Shown here: in pieces, positions 38,557-50,297 of the stretch
Layout: every line of letters starts with the position of its first letter
Position numbering within the stretch: position 1 is the first letter of the stretch
Assembly (NCBI GenBank): GCA_053919585.1
Contig: CM132795.1
DNA: 64,000 nucleotides
Source of the DNA: Euprymna scolopes
Taxonomy: Eukaryota
Strand: one strand, 5' to 3'
Program-made: the position numbers and the translations under genes
The notes under the pieces: generated by a model
The model's input: the letters and a program-made list of their open reading frames with translations, nothing else
Told to the model about the DNA's origin: nothing
Database searches by the model: none

Positions 38557-38657
38557 AAGTTTTCATTTGAGTAGCGCAATAGTGAAATAGTAGAACCATG
38601 TTATTTATACCTTAAAGGTGCCGCGTTGATAGCGATAGATATACAAGAATGTACTAA
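38557..38657 (+). repeat. ~100-bp direct repeat, copy 1 (copy 2 at 39978-40077)
   Basis: Shared ...TTATACCTTAAAG..CGC.TTGATAGCGA.AGATATACA.GAATGTACTAAT. Confidence 0.75.
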
Positions 38658-38863
38658 TTTTTGAAAAGTTTTTATTTTATTTTATTGGTTACCAGAGAGC
38701 GCACATTTACACACCATTGGGCTTCACCGGCGCATAGAAAAATAATGCAAAATTTTGGACCCAAGAATATGACCTTTAGGATTATACAACGGCTATTTAT
38801 TTTATCAACAACAAACACAGATACACACAGCCACACACACACACATACACACACACACACACC

Positions 38864-38879
<16 letters not shown>

Positions 38880-38897
<18 letters not shown>

Positions 38898-39734
38898 TGA
38901 ACGCGTCTGTGTGTGTCTCTGTACATTTCCCTATGCAATAACTCTGTCAATTCTTAGTCTACAGACTCGAAATTTCATATACAGGGTCCTGAGATTTGGG
39001 AAAATCGATTTGACTAAGGGGTCAAAGTTGAACGAGTTGACCTTTGAGAATTCTACCAAACTCTTCCGCCAATTTTGGGTCTAAGCATTCCAAATTTAGA
39101 TATAAGTTTCTTGGACATGGATCTTACTTAATAACTTTATTAGAGCTAAAAAACAATGGATTTTAGGAGGTCATAATAGGGGAAAAGTTTAAAAAATTGA
39201 GCTGTGCGGTCTCTTCCAAATTACTCAGACAATTTCTGGTCTAAATATTTGAAATTTTACATAAAGAGTATTCAGTGATAGGGCAAGCTTTTTCATCAGT
39301 TTTGGTGTAGAATTTTTAGTTACAAATATATAAATGTATGTATGTATGTTTGCATGTCTGCCTTTAACTTTTAATAGACGCGACGGATTTTCCCAAGATC
39401 AGTATCGTCTTAATGTTCGACATTTCATACTACAAATATCGAAAAATTGGCTAAAAACATTAATATTTTCCCCTTCAACTAGCCACTTGTCTACAGTGGG
39501 GGGTAACTTTTTTCGCCGATATTTTTTAAAATTTTCCTTTTCTTTAGATTGTCTAGCCTTAATGTTAAAAAATGTCGCTTCCGGTTTGGCCGTGGTCGTA
39601 ACAGCGTAAACTTTAGGTTTTACCCCGTTCTTTTACTCCTTTGCTGTACGGGTTCGAGCGTGCCTTACTACTACCACTTTTTTTTGCTTAACATACACAC
39701 CCAAACACCCGGGCAACGCCGGGATGAAATGCTA

Positions 39735-39735
<1 letters not shown>
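38880..39735 (+). mobile_element. Non-autonomous Helitron (longer, composite variant)
   Basis: 3' hairpin CCCGG-GCAACG-CCGGG (39708-39723), then CTAG (39732-39735) and T. 39330-39735 is homologous to the element at 16558-17002. The 5' end is buried in (TA)n and approximate. Confidence 0.72.
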
Positions 39736-39771
<36 letters not shown>

Positions 39772-39977
39772 TTTGATGATTAAAGTTAAACTCTGTAAAT
39801 CAAAACATATACACATATATTTAAGTTAAGAATTTATTGTTTGAAAAAAGGAATATATAAAGAAAATTATTGTTTTTTTCCTTAATCTATGGATTTTCAG
39901 TAATGGCACGTATCATCACAGGAATTGAAATTAAATTAGCAAAGTTGTAATACCCCATCTGAAACCAAAAGTGCGTG

Positions 39978-40077
39978 AAGTTTCATTTAAATAGCGTAAT
40001 TGCGACATAGCAGAGCTCAATTATTATACCTTAAAGTATCGCATTGATAGCGAGAGATATACAGGAATGTACTAATA
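39978..40077 (+). repeat. ~100-bp direct repeat, copy 2
   Basis: See 38557-38657. Confidence 0.75.
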
Positions 40078-40464
40078 ATCGCATTAAATACAAACAGACA
40101 NNNNNNNNNNNNNNNNNNNNNNNNNNNNNNNNNNNNNNNNNNNNNNNNNNNNNNNNNNNNNNNNNNNNNNNNNNNNNNNNNNNNNNNNNNNNNNNNNNNN
40201 NNNNNNNNNNNNNNNNNNNNNNNNNNNNNNNNNNNNNNNNNNNNNNNNNNNNNNNNNNNNNNNNNNNNNNNNNNNNNNNNNNNNNNNNNNNNNNNNNNNN
40301 NNNNNNNNNNNNNNNNNNNNNNNNNNNNNNNNNNNNNNNNNNNNNNNNNNNNNNNNNNNNNNNNNNNNNNNNNNNNNNNNNNNNNNNNNNNNNNNNNNNN
40401 NNNNNNNNNNNNNNNNNNNNNNNNNNNNNNNNNNNTTATTATTTAGTATAATAATTATTAAATA

Positions 40465-40510
40465 CCTATATACAGCAGTGTTTCACCCTTTCGAGAATCA
40501 TCAGCTCAGG
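40465..40510 (-). ncRNA. Type-I hammerhead ribozyme motif, third family (partly decayed)
   Basis: Minus strand cctgag CTGATGA t tctc-GAAA-gggt GAAA ca-ctgc-tg TA tatagg: intact core, GNRA-capped stem II, 3-bp stem III, GUA triplet. Stems I and II each carry a mismatch. Confidence 0.55.
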
Positions 40511-40677
40511 GTGTAATAATGAACGCCATTCCAGTGNNNNNNNNNNNNNNNNNNNNNNNNNNNNNNNNNNNNNNNNNNNNNNNNNNNNNNNNNNNNNNNN
40601 NNNNNNNNNNNNNNNNNNNNNNNNNNNNNNNNNNNNNNNNNNNNNNNNNNNNNNNNNNNNNNNNNNNNNNNNNNNNN

Positions 40678-41545
40678 NTGAATACCCTCTCACATTTCTT
40701 AAAATATTATAGAAAACTTTTTCATAGGGCAACACTTAAAAATAATTTTTTGACACAGATCACACCAACATATATTAAAATTTTAATTTATTATCTATTA
40801 GAAGCAACAAATGTTAGTACACCCCTTAAGAAATGTTGTAAATATTAATATACAACATGTCAATTTTCAATATCATGTGTGGCCAGCATCATTATCCAAA
40901 ACTGCCTTTTTTCTCCTGAGCAGGGAGTTTACCAGAGCTTCACATGAAGCCACTAGAATGCTGTTCCACTCTTCAATTACAAAGTCGCTTAGCTGGCGGA
41001 TATTTTAGATTTTGCGAACCCCCACCTTCTGCTTGAGGATGCCTCAAAAATGTTCTATTGGGGTCAAGTCTGGAGACATGCAAGGCCAGTCTATCACCTA
41101 TACCCTCAACCTCCTCAGTGATGTAATGGTTGTCGTGGATGTGTGTTTTGGATCATTGTCATGCGTAAACACTGCTCTGCACCCCAGTTTCTGGAGGGAG
41201 GGGGTCATGCTATGCTGCGGTTTCAGTGCACATCTTGGAGTATATGTTTCCCCTCAATGGAATGTAACTCTCCAATACTTGCATAACTAAAGCAGCCCCA
41301 GACCTTGGTTTTCCCACCAACATGCTTTTCTGTGGGAATCACGAACTTGTCTTTGTATAGCTTACCTGATCGCCGCCACACATGTTTAAGGCCATCAGAA
41401 GCGAACAAATTTAATTTTGTCTCATCAGACCATAGAATATGGTTTAAGTAATCTGTGATCTTTATTGGCATATCTTCCACAACATTTTTGCGGTTTTCTT
41501 GTGTATTGCCTTCAGAATAGGGTTGTGACGGCCATGCACACTAAT
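40678..41545 (-). mobile_element. Tc1 (DD34E) transposon, 3' half with long IR/DR-type end
   Basis: ILWSDETKLNLF...VWGCFS (ORF 41223-41480), HDNDPKHTS (~41137-41163), WPCMSPDLTPIE (~41055-41090). Repeated end motifs AATACCCTCTCA (40681) and AGTACACCCCTTA (40817). Terminus lost in the gap. Confidence 0.88.
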
Positions 41546-42787
41546 TTAAGGAGTACAAAGATATGTGGGTTATGCCTACAGTGAGTTTTACTCCTCGAAT
41601 TGATGTGCAAAGATAAGTGTATTATCGTCCAAAACATGAATCATACGAAAAGATTATTATGATGGATTCAAATATAACATAACTCACATTATAACATTAA
41701 TCCGAGTTTTAACTTCTAACAAATGAACGAATGACATGACGTATTGGTGATGAGAAACTATTGACTTGTTTGTTCTGAAGTTCTAGGAACTGGATTAGTT
41801 GTACATTTAAAAAAATAGGATTCGATCATTAACATGAGAAACAACTATAGATGACGCATGGCGTCTTTTATTTATGATTGAGGACATGAATGAAAACATA
41901 AGCTATAAGAATAATAAATTAGCATATAAGTAAATAATAATAATAAATAAATATAATGTAAATATTCCAAGCCAGTTTATTTCATGTATAAAACGTAGTG
42001 TACGTTGTTTTCTTACTATCATGTAAACTGTGTCATTCATAAAAAAAAATATTATACATACAAAAATGTGTAATTTTCTAAAGCTAATATATTTTAAACA
42101 TATATAATGAAACTCGAAGTATATATAATGGTTCATTACTTAAAATTGTAATATCTCACTTTACTATACATTTCCAGGGCAAAATAATTTATTCATGAAA
42201 ATTATATATCCTGTCTTTCGTTATTGGGATTTGATCACTCAATAAAGTCTTGAATCTAACGATTATTCGAATTGAAATGAAAGTACACAATAGCGTTAGT
42301 TTGCAGATCAGCTTATTTTGCATAATACATGTAGACTAAAATAGAAAGTATCTTAAAATAGCAACTGAATATCTTTATCAATGTAAGATGATTCACTCTA
42401 AGCAGCTTAAATAGTCGTGTGAATGCAGAACAAGAGCCGATAAAGAAAGACTGGGATACATAATTCAGATGTTCATTTTTGACAAGACACGAAATCAGCA
42501 GAGAAATGAACCGATTTAAATGCAAAGACTTAAATCTTTCGACTTAAATTGAAATTCTATTTTATTCATGAAGCAAATCAATATGTAAATTATACGTTAA
42601 AACTGATATTCTAGATAAAAAAGTCAACCGCACACACACACACACGCACACACACACATATATATATACACACACACGCATGTGTGTAGTTGTGTGTATA
42701 ATGCATACCTCCTTATAAAAAAAGGTGAATAAAAAATCATATATAGATATTCCTTTCATAGTGTTCTTTATTCATAATTAATAGTAA

Positions 42788-43135
42788 TTTATTTATTGCG
42801 AACTATTATCCTCATGGTTTTATTGGTTTCACGACGGTTCACCCAACAATTCCTCTGGCCATCGTCAGGTGCTAACCGCGACGGGATAGGAACTCCGAAT
42901 CTACTAATTGCATCCTCAGCAATTACTGCCTTCATGCTTGCTGTCGTCACACCACGTTTTAGGTCAAGTAAGCCTCGAGTATGCTTTGAATAGGATTTAA
43001 ACCGCTATCTTCAAACAATGCTCACCTGGAACGGTACAGATTCAACGTCTCTATGCACTGCGTCACGGGCCCCGAAGGCTTATAGTCCGCAATAAATAAA
43101 TTCATAAATAATACTAATCTCAATAATTAATTCTA
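42788..43135. mobile_element. Family 1 hammerhead fold-back element, copy 2 (right arm internally deleted, spacer inverted)
   Basis: Left arm aligns with 7622-7772 and has a hammerhead motif at 42830-42871 (minus). The spacer is the reverse complement of 7773-7892. Right end TAGTCCGCAATAAATAAA...TAATACTAATCTCAAT matches 8016-8058. Confidence 0.8.
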
Positions 43136-43236
43136 ATTAAATAATATATCAGGAATAGTTGTTTATTATATGATCTTCCATAGTCGAGGCCGTACCGATT
43201 GGTATATATATATTATTCCTTAATTGGAATTCATTT

Positions 43237-43455
43237 TTGAGATGAGCATTATATGTATTACTTTATTTTTTATTTCGGAATATTATTCTCATTTCTATTT
43301 GTTGTTGTTTTCACGACGTTCCGGCCAACTATTCCTCTAGCCTTCGTCAGGTGGTAACGTCGTAAAAGTAACAACTAATAAAGAAGAAAACAACAACTAA
43401 TAAAGATGAGAATAATAGTCTGAAATAAAAAAAAAATTAATTAATATGTAATATG
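43237..43455. mobile_element. Family 1 hammerhead fold-back element, copy 3 (centre deleted)
   Basis: Hammerhead motif at 43312-43353 (minus: cac CTGACGA a ggct-agaggaatagtt-ggcc GGAA CGTC gtg). The terminal tail is on the left, and the two arms are fused at AAC/AACGTCGT. Confidence 0.75.
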
Positions 43456-44283
43456 CTGTTTGACGCATTTGTATATTTAGCTAATTGCACACATACACAC
43501 ACGTACACATACTCAAATGTAACCGAATACTTAGAATTAAAAAAAAACCTCTTGGTGCCAATATCTGAAATAGCTGCTGTATATCTAGTATCCGGTAGAT
43601 TCACTCAACAAAGCTAAAACCAAAAATAAAATTGAAATATATGATTTTTCCGGGAGAGTTGTAGTAAATCACGCTTCGATTAAATCAGAAATTATTGGGC
43701 ATTTATGCATACTATAGATCATACTTAAATGTCCAAGGTCTTTATTCGCAATGTTTTGTCAGTACGACACGGCATTTTGATAGGTCACCTAACATGTAAA
43801 ATTTACCAATGTTCAAAATAACATTTTTGAACATCAAAGGACATACGCTACTAGGCCAAACATTAGCTTCTATAGAGCATATTTCACTATTACCAAATGG
43901 TTTATTTTCAAGTAATATGACGATACTGGTTACTTTAACTGACTACATGAATTGTCATGGAACCCGGAAAGAAGAAGTAATTACAAGAAAGGCATAATAT
44001 ACATAGTAAACTGGTCATTGACCGAAAAGTAAATAAATGGCTATCACTTATTTAGTAACTCTGCATTTGAGATCAAACAAAGTGCTATAGTTAAAAAGAA
44101 ACATGTTATTCCTGTTTACCTTTTATAATCCATAGATAGTTTGATTCCAAGGCAGAGTTGCCACTGTATGTTTTTCCTAGATTCTACGGCTACCTAAGAC
44201 ACTATTAACCATCGGACGGTTTTGCGCAGGTTGAGGGCGCAGAAGAACGCCCACCTACAAGGTGCAATTCAGACCCATACACT

Positions 44284-44344
<61 letters not shown>

Positions 44345-44507
44345 AAGTGTGTGTGTGTGTGGATGTGTACACACAACTGTCATGCCAACATTCGTTAATG
44401 TCGGCCATTACACCTATGCAGAGGACACATGCGTTCCAAGTTAATCAAACGACTTAAAAATAACCAAATATAAATTCATACAAATGTTCATAAAGTTGTT
44501 AACATAC

Positions 44508-45216
44508 TGTTACATGCTCTTTCTGAGGTTTGCCTTAATATCCGACTATGATAATATTAATTTTAAAAGAAAATAATTTTCTCAGTTCGCGTGGAGACCG
44601 CTAGGGTGCCACATGCCAGTCCGTATTAAATAGGGTGCTACATGCCAGTCCGTATAAATAGATCATTTTAAATGGGGATAACAATTATGTGATTTTCTTG
44701 ATTTTAATGTGAGTTGTATGAAACAGATATCAGATGGAAAAATAGTTTTTTTTTGCAGCTATCTATCTATCATCGTAAATGATTGTTGGTCAAAGAAGTT
44801 TCAGCATATATTTTTAACATGAAAGTCACGAATTCAACATTTATATATATATGTATATAGTTTGATATATATATATATATGTGCATGTATATATTATTTT
44901 TATTTTAATGAACAGCATCAACGAACGAATAGGTAATATATACAAATTTCTAATGATGCTAATATATATTTAATTTCATAAGTCTTTTTCTTTTTCATTT
45001 TTTTTGCTCTTTTTTATATGTATATGTATAGATATGTGTCTCGTATACCAAACTTTCAGTAAAAAAAGGCAAAGACAAGTTTACAACAGAGATAATACAC
45101 AGAGTTGTTCCTCTTTCATTATAATTTTCTTGCATGTCTTAGTATAATATACTAAGGTAGACCACTGTGGTTGATGTTCCTATTCATATATTTTGTTTGT
45201 TTTTCTTTCTTTCGGG

Positions 45217-45255
<39 letters not shown>

Positions 45256-46031
45256 CAAACTCTCGTGGGATTTATGTGTATTTGTGTTTAATAGTTTTCT
45301 TAAAGTGATCCGCTATATCTTTATAATTGACAAATGAAAAGTGTAAAAGATAAACCAACCACTATTTTACGCTGATGGACATAAATTATGTTGTGTTTTC
45401 ATATTTCTTGTGATGTTAAGCTTACCAGCGGAGTTGCTTATATGATGGGTTCTCTCTATTGAATCCCTTCTGCAACTAACTTTCGTTTCAAATTGTTTAC
45501 GGTTAACTTTCTCCGAAAAACGCTGAACACATTTGTCTGAGTTTTAAATATATCATCGTTTTTCTTTTCTCCTTCTATTTCTTCTCTTCGCGGTCGTCGT
45601 CTTTGTTGTCATGTTAACGGTTTACTTGATCGTTCTAATTCCTTTGCGTCTTGGAATTTTAACCATTAAATTTATTAAAATTCAAACTACAGCAGCGCCT
45701 CTAAGGAACAAAAATTCTTAACTTGAATTCCGCGTGACCAACGCACTGGTCCGACATTTAAAAAACTACTGTAAAAACAAACAAACGGACTTCTACATGT
45801 TGATCATTCGCTGATCCAACAACATCGTGGCAAAAAAATAGAAAGAAAGTTATGCTGCTGATGATCTATATCTTCGAAATATATTTATGAATTGCCATAT
45901 TAATTTTAAACAAACTAAATGCCTGTTCATTTTGAAATATTGTATTGTTTTGGCCTCAAACGTATATAATGCGTATTTTATTTTTCTATGTTTTTATTAA
46001 TACGATATTGATAAATCTCAATATTGCAACA
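44508..46031 (-). repeat. 3' LTR of the minus-strand Gypsy
   Basis: Starts TGTTAC at 44508 and aligns with 49374-50297 up to ~45385. Putative inner end TGCAACA at 46031, next to a pyrimidine-rich (PPT-like) stretch. The inner boundary is inferred. Confidence 0.65.
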
Positions 46032-49000
46032 CCCTCACACATATAAAAAAAAATAAAAATTATTATTTGTTTCTTTTACTCCAGTCTCTGGAGTTCAAAA
46101 TCTCCATCTCGATCCAGTGTATAGTTTTTGTTATCCAATCTGGGCAGTTTTCAATTTCTCCGAATCGCTTTCATGGTATCTAGATGGGCAATACGCTCCA
46201 TGGTTCTTCCTCTCACATAGTTTATCTCAAAGTTATATTCTTGTAGACTTAGATACCAGTTCTGTAACCGTCTGTTTTTGTCCCTCATTCTGTTCAAGAA
46301 AACTGTTGCATTATGATCGGTATGTACTTGAGTCGGACTTTATCCTTGGGTTATGTAAATTTCGAAATGTTATACTGCCAGCACAAGGGCTAATGTTTTG
46401 TTTATTTTTTCTTTTGTTGCATAGGCCTTTTGATAATAATTTAGTTTCTTGGAGAAATAACTGACGGATCGCACCTCTCCGTCTTGTTCATATTGAGATA
46501 ATACCGCGGCGATTCCATTTTCGCTAGCATCTGTGTAGACTAAACGGTATCTCGAAGTCAGGTTCTAATTGCACAGGTTCGTTACTCCACATATCTTTTA
46601 TCATCTTAAAAGATTTCTGACATCTCCGTGTCTATTGGAATCTTATTCTTTTCTTTAAAAGATTTGCCAAAGGTATTGCTATGTCACAGAAATTTTGACA
46701 GAATTTTCGATAATATTTTGCCAGTCCGAAGATTCTTCGGACTCCCTTTACGTTTCTTGGCTTGGATATTCCCTTATGTTTTTACGTTAAATCTACTAGA
46801 ACTAACGTATCCATATCATACGATGTGGCATAAGTAATGCACTTCTGTTTTCCAAAATTCACTTCCAAGTTGATAGTTAAGTTTGCTTCTTCCTAGCAAT
46901 TAAAAATGTGTCTTATGCTCTTCAACTGTGCTACTCACGTTTCATTATAGATGATAATATCATCTATATAAACACCGACATTTGGGATGTCCGCTAAACA
47001 CTTATTCATTAGACGCATTAAGGTAGCTTGGGAATTCCTCATCTAAAAGGGCATCGCATTATAGTGATCTGTTCCGCCCGGATCTACAAATGCGGATTTA
47101 AGTTTAGCTTGGTCTGTCAGAGCTACTGACCAGTATCCTTTCAGAAGATCCCACGGGGTAATAAATTCTGCCTTTTCAATTTGCTCTATGGAATCTTCCA
47201 TTCGTGGGATTGGATAGGAGTCTTCTTTGGTGACGTTGATCAGTTTTCTGTAATCTGTGAAAAATCGAACAGAGCTGTCTGGTTTGTCCACCAATACACA
47301 AGGAGACGCCCACGGGCTTTCGCTGGGTTCGATTATTCTGTTTCCAACATATATTCGATTTTCTTGCGTATTACCTCCCATTTTCTGGGGTTCACCCGAT
47401 ATGAGTGTTGCTTAATGGGTTGATCCTTGGGTTATTCAATGTCTTGAAATATGCCACTTGTCCTAGGAACAACCGATAATATTCCTGGAAATTGCTTTAT
47501 GACCTCGGATTACTCATTTCGTTCCTTTTCTGATAAGTGGCCAAGTTTTTTACTAAGTCTTCCATGTCATATTGATGAGTGTGTTTTTCATCTGTCGGTT
47601 TTCCCACTCTCTCATATAGCTTTTTTAAGCTGTTGTCGCACTTCTGTGCTTTTTTCAATTGCTTATGTGGTCTATTATGCAACGGAATGTTGTCACTTAT
47701 ATTTTGTTTCTCCTTCACAGGTTATATGTATGCCCGTCTTGCGCATCTCACTGGGATAATTCAATCTGGGATTCGTTCCCCACTAAAATGGCTATATTCT
47801 TTATAGGGCATTGCTTCACTGCCCCGACTATTGTTTTCTTATTTATTTTCCCTGTGATAAGTTTCACTTCTTTCAGGGTAATTCTCATCGTCTTTTCTAC
47901 CACTCCTTGTATTGCTAAGAGGACTACCGTCCGAGTGTGTGATAAATTTTCTTCTAGAATTAAGGATTGTGCAGCGGCGGTGTTCCTTAATATGGTCACG
48001 GGGGTGCTATTCCCTGTTTCATCTACAATATTTCCTTGTCTTGTGAAGGGTTAGTGAATCTTAGCTTCATGCGTCGACGATATAACTCTTTGCGGTTTGG
48101 CCTCTCCTGCTTCCCATCTCAGGTCCACGCGCAGTTAACGGCTATATGCACAGACTTTCCGCATCTACAGCACATATTGTGGTTCGGCTGCTTTGTCGGG
48201 GTCGTCCGACCTTCCACCATACCGTCTCTCTTTACAGTTGGTTCTCTGTGATCGTTTGTTCGATCTGTTAAAGTAAGTCTGTTCTTGCCTATGTTATGGT
48301 TTATTGCTTATTCATCGGCTAATATTGCTAATTCCCTACCAGAGTTATTTTTCTTTTCATTTAGGTAAACCCGGCTTTCCTCTAGTAACCAATTTAATAT
48401 ATCTTCCATCAATGCTAACTGTTTTACTTCTTCAGCGATATCTTCTACTCTTTCTGCACTGAACCATTTGTTCATCAACTTTTCCTTCTTGTTGACAAAC
48501 TCCTTGAACGATGAACACCAGTCTTCCTTTGCACTTTGAACTTTTGCCTGCATGCTTCAGATATAAGTTCGAAGCTCTGCAATATTGTTTTCTTAACTAC
48601 ATCGTTGCCTCCACTTTCTTCCGCTGAAAGTGTGGTAAAAGCTTTTTGTGCTTTTACGACGAGCGCAGTCTGTACAAGTAGCGCCCCTTTGTCTTTCGGC
48701 TAATTTAAGTTGGTTGCCGTATTTCGAATTGCGAAGAATACTCGTCTGCGTTTGCTTCCACGAATTTCGGTACTAACCGTGCTTGTTTCGTAAAGTCGAA
48801 CATAAAGTTATTGGGTTCTAGCACTCCCTCCGATAGAGTAATTTCCCTTAGTCCAATCTCTTGCTTTAACTTGGCCTTCTCAAGTCCTAGCCTCATCTGT
48901 AGATTGTACTTTTTTTTTGCTCCGCTGTTAGATTGATCGTTTCGTGCGGCAGTCTGTTTAGTACCTCTGCTCGTCCACCATGTGCTCAGATCTTATTCGG

Positions 49001-49373
49001 ATTAGTTTGTATTTTCTAATTGATTTTTTGGTTTCCAATTCTAGCTTTTCTCCGATTTCCAACAAGATTCTTTTTCTCATCATTTCTAGCTTTTCCAGTG
49101 ATTGGTCTATGAAAATATATTCTCCCCCGTCCATTTTTGTTGGGTGTATCGCAAGTTGATGCTATTTAAGTCAGTGAGTTTTATTTTGATTTGGCCGTTT
49201 GAGCCTGCAATGTAATGAATAGTCCCGTTGTCTATATGTTGAAAAACAATTGTTGTTTCAAACTTCCCGGTAAATGGTGTCCGTATAATTTTACTTTTCC
49301 AAGAAAATTAAGGATGCTTTTGATTTGTATTTATTCGTTTAAGAAACATTAATATTGCTGGAAGAGGTGCCCA

Positions 49374-49691
49374 TTTGACGTGCCCCTCTGAGGTTTCCTT
49401 TTTTATCCGATCACGATAAACTACTTTAAAATAAAATAATTTTCACAGTAAGCGTTGAAGGCCAGTCCGTATTTAATTGACTTCCTCTATCAAAGAGAGG
49501 ATTTTAAGGAGGGATAAAAATTATATGCTCTTCTTGACTTAAACACGGTCTATAGGCTTGTAAGTTGTATGAAGCAGATATCAGATGGATAGATCGATTT
49601 ATTTAGCAATCGGCTATCTGTCACTGTAAGAGATGGTAGGTCAGACAGGTTGAAAAGAACAATTAATAAAACATGTATATATATATGTATA

Positions 49692-49757
<66 letters not shown>

Positions 49758-50297
49758 TATATTCCTTTTTTATTTTAATGAACGGATTCAAGGAACGAAT
49801 AGGTAATATATACACATTTGGAAAGAGGATAATGTATATCTAAGTTAATAAGTCTTTCTTTCTCTTTTTCCTTTTTATCTTGCTCTTTTTCTGTATATGT
49901 ATATGCATAGATATATGTCTCGTAACCAAACTCTCAGTAATAAAAAGGCAAATACAAGTTTCCAACAGAAATAGTTAACAGAGTTGTGGCCCTTTTATTA
50001 TAATTTTCTTGTATATCTTTGTAAATATACCAAGGTAAGCCANNNNNNNNNNNNNNNNNNNNNNNNNNNNNNNNNNNNNNNNNNNNNNNNNNNNNNNNNN
50101 NNNNNNNNNNNNNNNNNNNNNNNNNNNNNNNNNNNNNNNNNNNNNNNNNNNNNNNNNNNNNNNNNNNNNNNNNNNNNNNNNNNTTCTGAGTTTTCGAATT
50201 TAATAATTCACTTAAAGTTACCCGATATATCTTTATAATTGACAAATGAAAATAGTAAAAGATAAACCAACCATTATTTTATGCTGATGGGTATATG
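49374..50297 (-). repeat. 5' LTR of the minus-strand Gypsy (truncated, contains a gap)
   Basis: Direct repeat of 44508-45385 (e.g. GCCAGTCCGTATT, CAGATATCAGATGGA, GAACGAATAGGTAATATATACA, TTATAATTGACAAATGAAAA). PBS-like TGGG directly inside on the minus strand (~49360-49373). Confidence 0.75.

Larger units (their letters stand above)
44508..50297 (-). mobile_element. Decayed Gypsy LTR retrotransposon (Gmr1-like gag/protease style), internally deleted
   Basis: gag RLVPKF...DEY..QFE (48705-48896), CCHC knuckle (~48130-48180), protease ILRNTAAAQSLI (47748-47999), RT SPWASPCVLV.KPD..RFFTDYRKL..VT...YPIPR...DLLKGYW (47043-47381). Flanked by long diverged direct repeats. Confidence 0.88.

Noticed and set aside
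45852-45890. CTGATGA...GAAA spacing inside the Gypsy LTR
   Set aside because: Stems I and II do not pair.
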